DNA from: Narcine bancroftii | Taxonomy: Eukaryota | DNA length: 64,000 nucleotides | Assembly: GCF_036971445.1 (NCBI RefSeq) | Contig: NC_091469.1 | Coordinates: 379,068,001-379,132,000, forward strand | Direction: 5' to 3' | Part shown: one piece after another, positions 24,560-36,750 of the stretch | Layout of the letters: the number at the start of each line of letters is the position of its first letter | How positions within the stretch are numbered: position 1 is the stretch's first letter | Program-made: the position numbers and the translations under genes | The notes under the pieces: generated by a model | The model's input: the letters and a program-made list of their open reading frames with translations, nothing else | Told to the model about the DNA's origin: nothing | Database searches by the model: none

Positions 24560-26066
24560 GGAGTTTTGACTAGATCTGTGTTGTGACAATGAATTTGCAC
24601 AATACTAACCAATTTCAATCTTTCCCTGTAACATCACGTGCATACAAACTCCCTGTTGTTTGGATGTGTCCCATGCCGTACCCTTACAGAGAAGTGGTCA
24701 GGTGGAGTGGCCTGTGGGTAGGTGGAACGGTCTTTGGCAGATGGAGTGTTGAATCTCATGGCTGGGTGTGTACGTGTGTCCTGAGGCATGACCCTTCTGA
24801 GAGGTGGACAGCTGGAGCAGCCTGTGGGCAGATGGAGTAGCCTGTGGGCACATGGTCAGGAAGAATTGCCTGTGGGCAGGGGAAGCATGGACTGGGAGAT
24901 ATGCAATGGATGGCATTACCAGGGGAAATGGGAATACCCTGGAGAGAGTGACTTTTCTTCACATCTTTACCTGCGGGCACAAGAACTGGTGATGGCAGTA
25001 CTGAGCGGAGGTTAGACGCTGGATGATGAATACATTGATAGAGCCAACAACTTGAAGGCTACTGAAGGTCTGCAGCAAACACTGGATCCCTGCTGAAACT
25101 GATAACAGAGACTTTGGTGGGGGTGGGGGGTGGGGTAGGGAATCTTGCAGCTCCGCAGGATTTGATATTCCTGTGTTGGGAAGGTAATGATTGCCAACCA
25201 ACTTTGCCCCACGCCAGTAACAGCATACATCCAGGTTCCCAATGGGGTGGGTGGCCAGGGGTTGGGTTTTTCCCTGTGCACAATCTGGCCAATACAAAGT
25301 CCCAACTCTAGGAGTGAGTCCCGGAATTATAAGCAGGTCTTGGGAATGTTTGTGCAGACAGTACAGCCAACACCCCTCTGAGTAATCGGTGGGAGTGTGA
25401 GCATGAGAGGGTCTGCAGCTCACAGCTCAGCAAAGGTGGGTGCTCCCTGGGACTAAATACTGAATGCTATGCCTACCCCTGGCTCCCCATGGGACAGTTC
25501 GGTGCCTGCTATCTGGGATGTGTCTCACCACATGCCTCACAAATCTGAAGGAGAGCCCGGATGAATGGCCACCGAGGTGGAGATGCTGGATAATGAGGAG
25601 GCTGCAGTACTTCGGCATTCCAGGAGTTAGGATGCCCTTGGAGTACCTGCTTGTGGATGGAGGTAGTACCGTGCCAGTCGGGGAATACTATTCACTCACC
25701 ACACATGAAACAAGCTGGGAACTAGTCCTTTGGACATAATTCCCCATGGGTAGGCTGAGGGGAAGTTGGTGGGCCATCAGTGGGTATGGGTTGTGTGTTT
25801 TGTAGATATGTCAAAGGGGGTACTAGCATTTAAATAGTTTGGCATGGCATGGTGACTTCCAAGGGGTAGCATGTAATGTGAATTGTGGAGGGTCATGTGG
25901 CCTCTCTGTCTGGAACCTGGTGGGGATGTGGATTGTGGAGAGTCATGTGAACTCTCTGGCTGGTGCCTGGTCGGAATTTACCTACCTGCCAGTCAAGGGT
26001 TTGATCTGCCCACAGATGAGGCTGACACACCTTTGGTCCTCGCAGGTCACATGGATGGGTCAAGTG

Positions 26067-27417
26067 CAGTGGCCTATCTAGGTAAAATTGCGCCAATGGC
26101 AAGCACTGAAATTGCATCCCCATTAAAAAACTGTACTTAAAGTTGACAGTTGGGCTGGCGCTAACTGCTATACTAACCGTGCCACCCAACATAACCTTGA
26201 AAATTTCACGTGTTGCATTTTAATTTATTCGAAGAAAACCAATGGATTAACTCCCACTTGGGCACCTAGGTTGAGCTTTAGTAAGGAAAAGGCCACCCCT
26301 TCTTGCTCCCACCCTTGCTTTCCCCTCTGCCTCTCACTCACCCCCTCCCCCCCCGCCACTAACAGAATCCTCAAATGTACGCTTCATTGAACTCCGGCAG
26401 CAATACGATATCTGTGACGCTACCCCTTGACTCAGACACATGGCTCTATGCTACTCCTATGAACTAGGGACCCCAATTAAACACTCTCAACCCGTTAACA
26501 GTACAGTGCACATCATAGTACCGACAACAAGATACCAACAATTTCTCAAGCGGTGAGCGCCATTCCATGGTTCTAGTCCTGGAGTGAAATAGAATGGACC
26601 TAATATGAAGGAGGGTAATTCGAGCAGATGTGGCATCCATTACAGTGCTGGACTGCTGGGGGTGGGGGGGGGGAGGGGAAGACAGGTTGTTTACAGGCTA
26701 ATGGCTCTGTGCCAGCAAGGTTTAAACAATTACAACAGCCTATAGCCCAATGCCAAGACGCCAAGTACAGGCAGGCTGGGGAGCCCAGCCCAGGTAATTT
26801 ACTAGGAACCAATGGCCCAATGCCATCAAGGTTAAGCCGATTACAAAGGCCAATGGCCCAAGGCCAAGTACAAAGTAATTTAAATTGGCCGATACAAGGA
26901 GTACACTTAATGGGTGGGGCGGGACCAAACCTCAATTGGCAGTGCTGGGTAGTGCTGTCATGACCCTTCACTGCTTCACAATACAATATAGAGTGGTGAA
27001 ATGGTCATTCATTTCTTCAGATTATATTACCCTTTTCAGTCAAACACCAGCACGCTTTTAATTAATGTTGTAAAGATGATACACAGTACCGTGTCAGTGT
27101 TTCCCTGGTGCTGGCACTGGCAGAGTGGTTCCAGCTGAGAGGGGGATTATGGGTAAAGAAGACGGTCATTTTTCCCATTGAGCTGCTGCCGCCGCGAGGT
27201 GCTAGAATGGCCTTGAAGCAGCTGTGGCCCTGAGATGCAGGCCCAGAGCGGCCCAGTGAGGTGTCAGAGTGGTGCTCTGGTGTCCTCAAGTGGGATGGAG
27301 AATCTGTGTTAGGCTAAGGAGTTGGATATTGGGTGGGCGAGGTGAGGACTGTAGTGCCCCTGTGCAAGTGGCACCCTGGGCATGTGCCCTGGCTGCCATA
27401 GTCTAGATATGCTTATG
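26067..27417. mobile_element. Non-autonomous hAT-like DNA transposon inside the 3' LTR
   Basis: Termini CAGTGGCCTATCTAG / CTAGATATGCTTATG. LTR homology stops at 26066 and resumes at 27418 with 8-bp duplication geometry (gtcaagtg / gtcttgca, decayed). Confidence 0.7.
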
Positions 27418-27974
27418 GTCTTGCATTGAAAAAGCCGACCACTTGCAGTCTTTGTCTCTCTCTTTGTTTGCTGCTGCTGCATGGAGACCATTACTGAACT
27501 TCAGGCTGCAGGGCACAGGCAGCTCCAGAGGGCCAAATACAATGGGCCTGTCTTAGATCCCGAGCCATGGATGATGCTGGAGACCAGGTTCATTTGATAT
27601 ACTTATTAGTAGTAATTCATTTACTGTTTGTTAGTGTGCTGTGCCTGCTAGAAATAGAGAGAGTTGATGGTACTATGTGTTTAATCCTTGTGTTTCCAGT
27701 CAGTTGAGAATGTTTAGTAATGATTTATTCACACCTGATGTGTCGTTATTTGTGTTTTATTCCAGGTTGGTCTGTGTGAGTGTGTGGTCTTTTGTGAACT
27801 CCCCTATGTGTAAATAAAGCCCATTGTTTGTTGATGACTTGTCCAGCCGTGACTCTCTTTGAACGTATTAGAACTATTCTTGAACACCATAGCATCCTCC
27901 ATGCAAGGGAGGTCAGGATTGAACCAAGGGTTCTGGAGTTGAGAGCCAGCAGCACTACTCATTGCACCAGTAAA

Positions 27975-28575
27975 ACACAAGCATCTGTGGACACCGAGGT
28001 TGAAGTAAAAACTTAATGCTGGAGAAACTCAGATGGTCAAACAGTACTTGGTATAGCAAAGATAAAGATATATCACCAACGTTTTGGGCTTGAGCCCTTT
28101 ATCAAGGTATGAAAATATGTCGACAGGTGCCTGAACAAAATGATGGGGGGGGGAGGGGCAGAGGGAGGAGCACAGTCCCAAAGTCTGGAGGTAATAGGTG
28201 GATAAAGGAAGGCAGGGCAGGGCACAGCAACAACCAGGGGGAGGAGTGAATGGAGAAAGAAGGGGTGGAGATCTGGAGAAAGGAAGTCAAGGGGACAGGG
28301 AAGGGAGGAAGAACAGAGAGTAGGCTAGCAGAAACCAGAGGACGATGTTAATGTCATCCAGTTGGAGAGTGACCAGATGGAAAATCAAGTGGAGTTCTTC
28401 CAATTTAAGGGTGGTCTGGGTGGAACAGTACATGAGGTCATGGACAGGCATGCATGTGGGTGTAGGGCGTAGAATTGAAGTGTTCGGGAGATCCTTGTCA
28501 CTGATGTGGACATAGCAAAGGTGCTCAGTGAAGCGATCTTCCAGCCTGTGCCCAGTCTCTACCATCGAGAAAGCC
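27975..28575 (-). mobile_element. Penelope-like element 3' fragment (GIY-YIG remnant plus terminal repeat)
   Basis: ORF 28287-28577 ETGHRLEDRFTEHL...KLEELHLIFHLVTLQLDDINI. Confidence 0.8.
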
Positions 28576-29720
28576 AAATTGACCGCTGAATTTCGGTTTT
28601 GATTCTACAACTAAGAAATTGTTGCATTGCTGTCTTACACTGAAGGACTGTTTTGGCAGCTTTTTAAAAGTTTACTAGCTTATCTTATTTCTTTCTTTCT
28701 GTATCTCTCAGTTTGCAGCAGACTGGCATTTTATGGTCTGAAAAGTAAGTGTAATGGAAGATTAATTCTCACCCAGAGTTCACAGGTCTTTAGTAGAAGA
28801 GGATTAGTTCAGAAGGGCATTGAAAATACACATGATGGAACTGCCACATAGTAATATACCTTGATGTGGGTCATTGAATAGAACTCCCTTGCTGAATCAG
28901 AGAATTCTGGATGGAAATACATTTGCATGTACCACTGGATTACCAAAAGTGTGTTCCACTAGAAGTAATACAACATCACACCCGCCTATTTAGTAAGAAG
29001 AATTGTTGCTGCCCAGTTATTTATCCTGACACTGATTAGTGTCTTTAAGGCAGATGATCATTATCACATTGCTGTTATGGGAGATGTTTGTCTGTTCTTC
29101 AAAAGGACTTTACTGGTTGCTAAACACTTCTGGCCAGTTTGTGGATGTGAAAAGTGAGTGCATGTGGGTTCTGCTCTGCCTGGAGCTACAAGGACAGACA
29201 GCCACTTAGAGAAGGGTTGCTGTGAGATCCAAGGTGCTGTTGGTTGTCTTGGTGCAGACTTTGGGGGACTCGGTGATTTGGGGAGGAGGCCGAGTAGCAC
29301 TAAGGTAAGGTCAGGATAAGATTTTACTTCCTCCTTTTTCATAAGCTTGTCAGCCATTTTTCTCCCCTCAAAGATTTCAGACACAGCAGGTGATCCCAGA
29401 CCCATGTCATGCCCATGCTGAGCTCAGTAGGAACTCGAGTCCTGATAAATATGTGTTCAGGATGGGTCCAGGTGTAGCTTCACATAGTAAAACTGGAACT
29501 ACATGTGGGTTCACTTTGGAACATCAGAGATGCTGGGAATGTCACGGGCAGCATGCCGAGTGAATTGATCACAGCATAGGTTAAGGGTGCAAGGATAGAA
29601 AGGGATGGAGGACCAACAAACAGAATAGCAGCAGAGAGGTAACACATGAATCCCCTGCAATCATCTCCGTCCAAAGCAGGTAAACTGCCTGGGATGAAAA
29701 ACACAAAAGTCTGCAGACAC

Positions 29721-29984
29721 TCTTTCTTTGGCTTGGCTTCGCGGACGAAGATTTATGGAGGGGGTAAAAGTCCACGTCAGCTGCAGGCTCGTTTGTGGCT
29801 GACAAGTCCGATGCGGGACAGGCAGACACGGTTGCAGTGGCTGCAGGGGAAAATTGGTTGGTTGGGGTTGGGTGTTGGGTTTTTCCTCCTTTGCCTTTTG
29901 TCAGTGAGGTGGGCTCTGCGGTCTTCTTCAAAGGAGGTTGCTGCCCGCCAAACTGTGAGGCGCCAAGATGCACGGTTTGAGGCG
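29721..29984 (-). mobile_element. RTE 3' fragment
   Basis: Near-identical to 4511-4768. Encodes the C-terminal C2HC finger FPCSHCNRVCLSRIGLVSHKRAC. Confidence 0.92.
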
Positions 29985-30443
29985 TAAAAACACAATGCTG
30001 GAGAAACTCAGCAGGTCAAACTGTGTGCTTTATATAGCAAAGATAAAGATACATGACGAATGCTTCGAGCTTGAACCCTTCATCAAGGTATGGGAAAATA
30101 TCAGCAGGTGTCTGAACAACATGGTGGAGGTGGGGGGAGGGGGAAAGGAACATGGTTCCAAAGACAGGAAGTAATTGGTGGATAAGGGAGGGAGGGTACA
30201 GCTGCAAGCAGGGGGAGGAGGGATGGCTTGGTGAATGATAGGGAAGAGGGTGGGAGCTAAGGGAAAAAAGACAAGGGGAACTGGAAGAGAGAGTAGCGTA
30301 GCAGAAACCAGAGAAGTCAGCATTAATGCCATCCAGTTAGAGAATGCCCAGATGGAAAATCAAGTGTTGTTCCTCCAATTTTCAGGTGGTCTGGGTGGGG
30401 ACCATGAGGTAATAGACAGACATGAGCCTATGGGAGTGGGGTG

Positions 30444-30736
30444 TGTGATGCACTGTTAGCCAGAATCAGACACGCACAAAGTTAAAAACTGTACAACAGG
30501 CTTTAATCCACAAAGACTTCCACAGAGCCAGGCTGGCTCTGGCTGCAGCAACTCTGAGTGAGACCTCAGGAGGCTGGCGCAGGCTTATATTCTGGAGACT
30601 GATTGACACCCAACCGGGTGGGGCTTGATCCCTTCAGGCCGACTGATTGGCAGCTGGCCAGGTGTTGTCCTGTCCCCTTACACTCCTGCAGGAACAGAGG
30701 TTGCCCCCTGCAGTAGGCTGGTGGTTTACCACCACA
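30444..30736 (-). mobile_element. Solo LTR (293 bp, Gypsy-type)
   Basis: TGTGATG...CACCACA termini; exact 5-bp TSD gggtg (30439-30443, 30737-30741); ATTAAA on the minus strand. Confidence 0.88.
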
Positions 30737-33329
30737 GGGTGCAGAACTGAAATGGTTGGCCACTGGGAGATCCTTGTCACTGATACAGACAGAGCGAAGG
30801 TGCTCAGTGAAGTGATCTCCCAGTTTCTCTGATGTAGAGTAGGCCACAAAGTGGGCACTGAATGCAGTAGATCATCCCGTGGACACAAGTGAAGTGCTGT
30901 TGCACTTGAAAGGCCTGTTTGGAGCCCTGATTTGTGGAGGGGAGGAGGAGTGGGTGCAAGTGTGGCACTTCCTGTGGCCACAGGGGAAGGTGCTGATGGT
31001 GGGGGGAAGGGGGTGTGGGATTGGTGAGGAGAGATAAGTGCATGGAGGTGTCATGGAAGGAGCAGTCCCTACAGAAAGCAGAGAGGGGAGGAAAAGGTAA
31101 GATGCATCTGGAAGTGAGATCACGTTGTAGGTGCCAGAACTGCTTGGAAAACTTTATTCAAACATCTTCTGTGGGTGGGACACGACCGGGGCGCTCCGCT
31201 GGCTGAATGTTTGCTCCCATCTTCACCAAGGGTTTGTGCGTTGCTTTGAAGAACATTTACCTTTACAATTTTAAATGTTTATATACATTTTTATTAATTT
31301 ATTTATTTCCTTGATTTTTTTTGTGGTTTGTTGGGTTTCTGGTTGCTTGAATTCTGGATACAGTGGATTTTACTGTATAATGGTGGCACAGGCAATAAAT
31401 AAAGATATAAAAGACAAATAAGAATGGAACAGCAGTAGTCATGGGGGATTTTAATCTATATATATAAACATTTCCTCTATGTAGCAAAGGTGAAGATACA
31501 TCACCAACTTTTTGGGCTTCAGCTCTTCATCAAGGTGTGGGGGAGCATGAGAGATGTCTGAACAATCTTAGAAGGTGAGTTTGAGTAGCCTGGGATGATT
31601 CTCAATGGAATTTTGAAGGTTGAAGGGGAAACCTATTGTGACGTATAAAATTAAGAAAAGAATATACAGGTCTAGTGGCTGTTTCCATTGGCAGGTGAAA
31701 CCATAACTAGGATACATGGCCTCAAGATCTGGGGAGAAGATTTTGCACTCGTTAAGGAGGAACTACCCCTCCCAGAGTAATGAATCTGTGAAATTCTTTG
31801 CCCTAGGAAGCAGTGAAAGCTGCTGCATTAAATTTATTTAGAAGACAGATAGGTCAATTTTTGAAAAGGAGGGGAATTAAAGATTATGGGCAACAGGCAG
31901 GTAGAACATAATATACAAACTTAAAGTGGGGCTGAACCCACAGCCAAATACAGCCATGATATTCCTAAATGGCCGAGCAGGCTTGACGGGCCAAATGGCC
32001 TTCACCTGCTCCAGTTGCCTGTGATCTTGTGTAATGGTGCTATATAAATGCAAGTCATTCTGTTTCAAGTCAAGGAGTACCCACCAATTAAACACGAGAC
32101 AATCTAAAGCCGCTGATTATTGCCTGTCGTAATGCTTCTGAATTTTTAAGGTGCTGATTTATATTTCTTCCCTACTAATTCAGCATCTGAGTTGTTTTCA
32201 AGGAGCTGTGCTATAGTGGAGAAGGGAATTGATACCCACACCTCATTGTTTGATAGTGCTGAGATTTCTATTGAGTTATGTGGTCACAAAGGAAATCAAA
32301 GATTCCTTTTATTGTCACGTAATAATGCATTAAAAATGTAATATATATGAAATACTTCAACTTTTGTTTGCCGTAAGCAGAGTCGGCTTAATGTTGCCAG
32401 GTGCCCCTGTAAGAGAAAGAGAAGCAAAAGTGAGTCCCTTCAGAATCACTGAGTGTCCGTGGCAGAGGCAATATGAACATCATAACTACCTTCTCAGGTA
32501 ATAGGTTGTTTAGGTAAATGAATCAGTCGGTGATATCATCCATCTAACAGATGGCTTAACCTTAGGCAGGTAGGCTAGAGTCTTAGGTTAATCTGGAAAG
32601 CCATCATGTGATGGTGCTTATGCCCAGGTCTGCTGTCATTGAGTCTTTGGAGAATAAATTAGCACTGGAGCCACCTGAATCACAATATACTTCATCTGAT
32701 ATCCAACCCCACCATTATTTAAAACAAAAACATACAGGTTTGACAACCATCAGTGCATGCCCTTTGAACTGATCCTGAGGGCAGGTTTCACATGATCATT
32801 GAACAGACAATAAATCAAAAGGAGTCTTCAAAAGTGCACTTGGTGTTTCTGAAAATTGATTGAGCTGGCTTGGGTAGCTTGGAGAGTCATTGGCTCTTAA
32901 TGTAATATTTTGGAAATAAGGGTTTGATTTTTCCATATTCTGGTGACTGGTGGGTGGTGGAATTGGAATATGGCAGGGACTGAGCTGTAGCTCATCCACG
33001 TCTTTATTGGGACTTCATGGTTACCATTATAACTGTTGCAAGCATTGCTCTCTTCACTCAAGCCCAATGGAGCAAGGATGGCCAATGTTGAGACCTCTTG
33101 GTTGATTTTTGTCCTGATACAGACCAACAGGCTGATATACAACGAAGAAAACTTTACCAACCTCCATTCATTTCCGCAATGGTGTTTCGAGTTGACTATA
33201 AATACTGACATTTCACTTCTCATTGGGTTGGGTTCCTCTTACACTGAAGTTGAGGGTGTCTGGAGGTTAAAAGGGAAGTCCTCATCAAGCTAGTGGATGT
33301 CCGCCTCATGAAAACTGTGGACCCTGTCT

Positions 33330-33968
33330 ACCCTTTTGGATAGAATTATGGGAAGTGTTGACAACAATTCTGGGGATGAACTTCCCTCTAGACACAGAAT
33401 TGTTTCTTCTGGGGAATTGGGCAGTATTAAAAGTTAATTTCTCCAGAAGAAAATCTAGACTTATTAAAATTGCATTGTCAATAGCCAGAAAATGTATAGC
33501 GTAACATGGAAATCTGATTCCCTACTTCACATTGTTCATTGGAACATGGAAATGCAAAGTTGGATTCCCCTGAAGAAGATTACTTCGAGTCTTAGGAATA
33601 GATATAGTATGTTTGCCGAAATTTGGCAACTCATTTAGATTACTTAAATGCCCATATTGTATAATTTATTTTGATATTTTTTCCAATTAGTATACTCCCT
33701 TATTAGAAACTTAATACTTTTAAAATGATGTGACTCTGAGATGTTGAACCTTGCTCTTGTAACTTATTTCTTCTCTATTTTCTTTCTTTTTTTCTCCCTC
33801 TATTCCCGGCTGACTGTCCCCTTTTCTTCGAATCTGGGAGGGGGCACTGGAAAAGAGAAACCATCATTTCCTTTTTATTTTTTTTTCAAATTTTATGAAT
33901 GTTTTTCTATGATTTTATATTCAATGTATTATTGTTATATTAATTGAGTCCTATAGTCTGTAAAAAAA
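33330..33968 (+). mobile_element. L1 3' fragment (ORF2 C-terminus, 3' UTR, short A tail)
   Basis: Decayed IALSIARKCIA..WKSD...IPLKKIT, comparable to the end of ORF2 at 16067-16282. Confidence 0.7.
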
Positions 33969-34865
33969 CTCACCCATCTTTTTATTTAGGCACCTGCCTG
34001 GCTTCTGCTCATATCGTGATGAAGGGGTCAAGTCTGAAATGTTGGTTTTGCTCCCAATGGACGGTGCACGATCGGTGGAGGTTCTCTACCACTTTTGTGT
34101 ATTGACGTCAGAAGTGTGTCTGTCTGCGAACCACAGATAAATAAGGGTTCTTCCTGGAACTCCAGGAGTTCTCAATAGTTCCAATAGTTGACCAACCATG
34201 GGGGGGAGGGGAGGAACAGCAAATTTCCCCTCAGTTTTATTGGTCATCAATCCCCTGTGTTTTGGCACTATATTTGTTCCTTGTGTGTTGCTTTACTGGA
34301 GATCTTTTTCTCCAAATACTTCACTGTTAAAGTGGTGGTATTCCTGACACAAAATATCCAGGGATAGCATCTTATGGCACTGTTTGGGGAATGAAGGCAG
34401 AGAGTGTCTCCTAACATCTCAACTTATACTTCATGTTTAACTAGCACCATTAACATATTATCCAATCTTTTATCTCATTGATCATTGTGGGACTTGCCAG
34501 ACTTGCCATGTGTAAATTAGCAGCCTGTTTGCCTTCATTATGGCAGTAACTATACTTCAAATATAATTACCCTGTAAAATTGCTTTGCTGTTTCCTGAAG
34601 ACATAAATGACTGTTAAACTTAATTGGAACCTTATTTGGCCCACATTTAGAATGCTGTGCACAGTTCAGGTTTCCATATTACAAAAGGATATGGGAGCAC
34701 TGTGGGAGATACATAAAATTTAAAAAATAAATTAATCCAGAACTGAGAAGCTTTACCTATTGGGTTGGAGCTCTTTCCTTTGGAATAAAAGAACTGACGT
34801 AATAGAGGTCTTTAAAATCATGGACGGGTTTGACTGAGTACAAAGAAAGAAGATGCTTCCTCATT

Positions 34866-35095
34866 GGGCAGGATGGTTAGCATAGCAGTTAGCCCAATGC
34901 TGTTACAGTACCAGTGACCTGGGATTGGGCCTGGTGCTGTCTGTAAGGAGTTTGGACATTCTTCCCATGTCTGCATGGCTTTCCTCTGGGTGGTCAGGTT
35001 TCAAAAACATACGTACGGCGATTGTAGGTTAATTAGCGTATTTGGGGAGGCATAGCTGGTGAGCTGGAAGGACATTACCGTGTTGTATGACTACA
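34866..35095 (+). mobile_element. V-SINE (HE1-like)
   Basis: ggttagcatagcagttagc...ctgtaaggagttt...ttcctctgggtggtcaggtttc...gtaggttaatt. Confidence 0.65.
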
Positions 35096-35864
35096 AAAAT
35101 GTTGAGGGCACTTCAAATCAAGGAATCAATGGTATGAGAATGTTACTAATGAATTCAATATGGGGTTCAAAATAAGTTTTTTTTGAAATCCAGAATTAGA
35201 GGTAGATAGAAGGATGCATTTATGGTGTAAGTAGTCGACACATGTGGCATGGGAAGATGCCTACGCTGAGTTGAATGGGGAAAAGTGATCAGTCCGCACA
35301 CTTATTAGTTCTTTCTTTGGTAGTTTTTCTGGTAGCTGAATGGAATATTTGCATATTATAGGAGGCATGGAAGATATGTCAGAAGTCCGAATGGATATCC
35401 AGGTGTGTCGAAGTTCTCCTTGGCTGAGTTCACAGTGAAACCCATAAGATCCTAAAGGGTCCATGGTAGGATAGAGATCAAGATGTTTTCACAGGTGGGA
35501 GAACCTTGAACAAGGGGATAAGGGGCCAGTCATTTAAAGTCACTGAGATTTACAGCATGGAAACAGACCCTTCCATTCATCGCACCCAAGCAACCAAGTT
35601 TCTACCAAAGCGAGTTCCAAATCCTGTCCAAATCTTTTCAACATTGCTGTGGCACCTGCTTCTTCCTCTTCCTCTGGTAGGTTGTTCTGTACACCCACTG
35701 CTCTCAGGTCCCTTTTTAAATCTTATCTCTGGAGTTTGACACAGAAATTGCTCCTCAGAGATGCCGGTGAATCTCTGGATTTCTCTGTCCCAGAGGGTAG
35801 TGGAAACCAGATATTAGAGATATTCAAAGTGGAAGTAGATTAAATTTTGGAGGTTGGCTCAGGA

Positions 35865-36750
35865 GAAGTATTGTGCATTTATTGAGAATTGAATTCAAGA
35901 GTAGGGAGGTTATGATGAAATTGTACAAGTGTAGAGCTCGTCGAAAGAACCAAAGACTTGTTGATCCAAACCAAGGCTTTTATTAGCAAAAGACCGGAGC
36001 TCTTCACAGGTGGCCGACCAGTCCGGAATGATCCGACCTGGCTAGGGACACAACCCTTTAAGGCCCAAACAATAGGTGTGGCTTAGCTCTCAGCCAATCG
36101 CTGTAAGCACAGTCTAGATACAGTAACTATATACACTATGTACATTGGTGATAGATCTGTACTATCACAACAAGGCATTGGTGAGGCCAAATTTGGAGTA
36201 CTGTGTACAGTTTTGGTCACCAAATTATAGGAAAGATATAAACAAAATAGAGAGAGTACAGAGAAGGTTCACAAGAATGTTGAGAGGATTTCAAGGTTTG
36301 AGTTACAGGGAAAGGTTGTGCAGACTAGGGCTTTTTTCTCTGGAGCGTAGAAGATTGAGAGGGGACTTGATAGAGGTGTTTAAGATTTTAAAAGGGACAG
36401 ACAGAGTAAATGTGGATAGGCTTTTTCAATTAAGAGTGGGGGAGATTCAAACTAGAGGGCATGGTGTAAGATTGAAGGGGGAAAATTATAAAGGGAACAT
36501 GAGGGGAAATTTCTTTACGCAAAGGGTGGTAGGGATGTGGAATGAGCTTCTGGCAGACGTGGTTGAGGTGGGATCATTGGTTACATTTAAGGAAAGACTG
36601 GATAGTTACATGGAGAGGAGAGGACTGGAGGGGTATGGACCGGGTGCTGGTCAGTGGGACTAGGAGGGTGGGGATTTGCTACGGCATGGACGAGTAGGGC
36701 CGAACTGGCCTGTTCTGTGCTGTAAGTGGTTATATGGTTATAAGGTTATA
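35865..36750 (+). mobile_element. CR1 3' fragment interrupted by a solo LTR
   Basis: EVMMKLYK|ALVRPNLEYCVQFWSP...GQWD, highly similar to the protein at 23030-23545. Tail tatatggttataaggttata. Confidence 0.92.
35930..36169 (-). mobile_element. Solo LTR (240 bp)
   Basis: TGT...ACA termini; exact 5-bp TSD acaag (35925-35929, 36170-36174); AATAAA on the minus strand; CpG-rich. Confidence 0.9.

Larger units (their letters stand above)
23880..27889 (+). mobile_element. Internally deleted (non-autonomous) Gypsy-like LTR retrotransposon inserted into a SINE
   Basis: 5' LTR 23880-24535 (TGT...AACA with AATAAA); PBS 24538-24559; ~1.3 kb decayed internal region; purine tract aaggggtagca; 3' LTR 25872-27889 split by a hAT insertion. 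Both outer flanks look like parts of one reverse SINE. Confidence 0.8.
29697..31140 (-). mobile_element. Penelope-like element fragment with GIY-YIG endonuclease, carrying two nested insertions
   Basis: FPCGHRKCHTC, FQVQQHFTC, MIYCIQCPLCGLLYIRETG and LGDHFTEHLRSV...PVANHF in ORFs 30566-31123. Confidence 0.85.

Noticed and set aside
29064-29405. Minus-strand Pro-rich ORF with a plausible splice acceptor near 29300
   Set aside because: No recognisable domain and no partner exons or clear donor; cannot be supported without transcript data.
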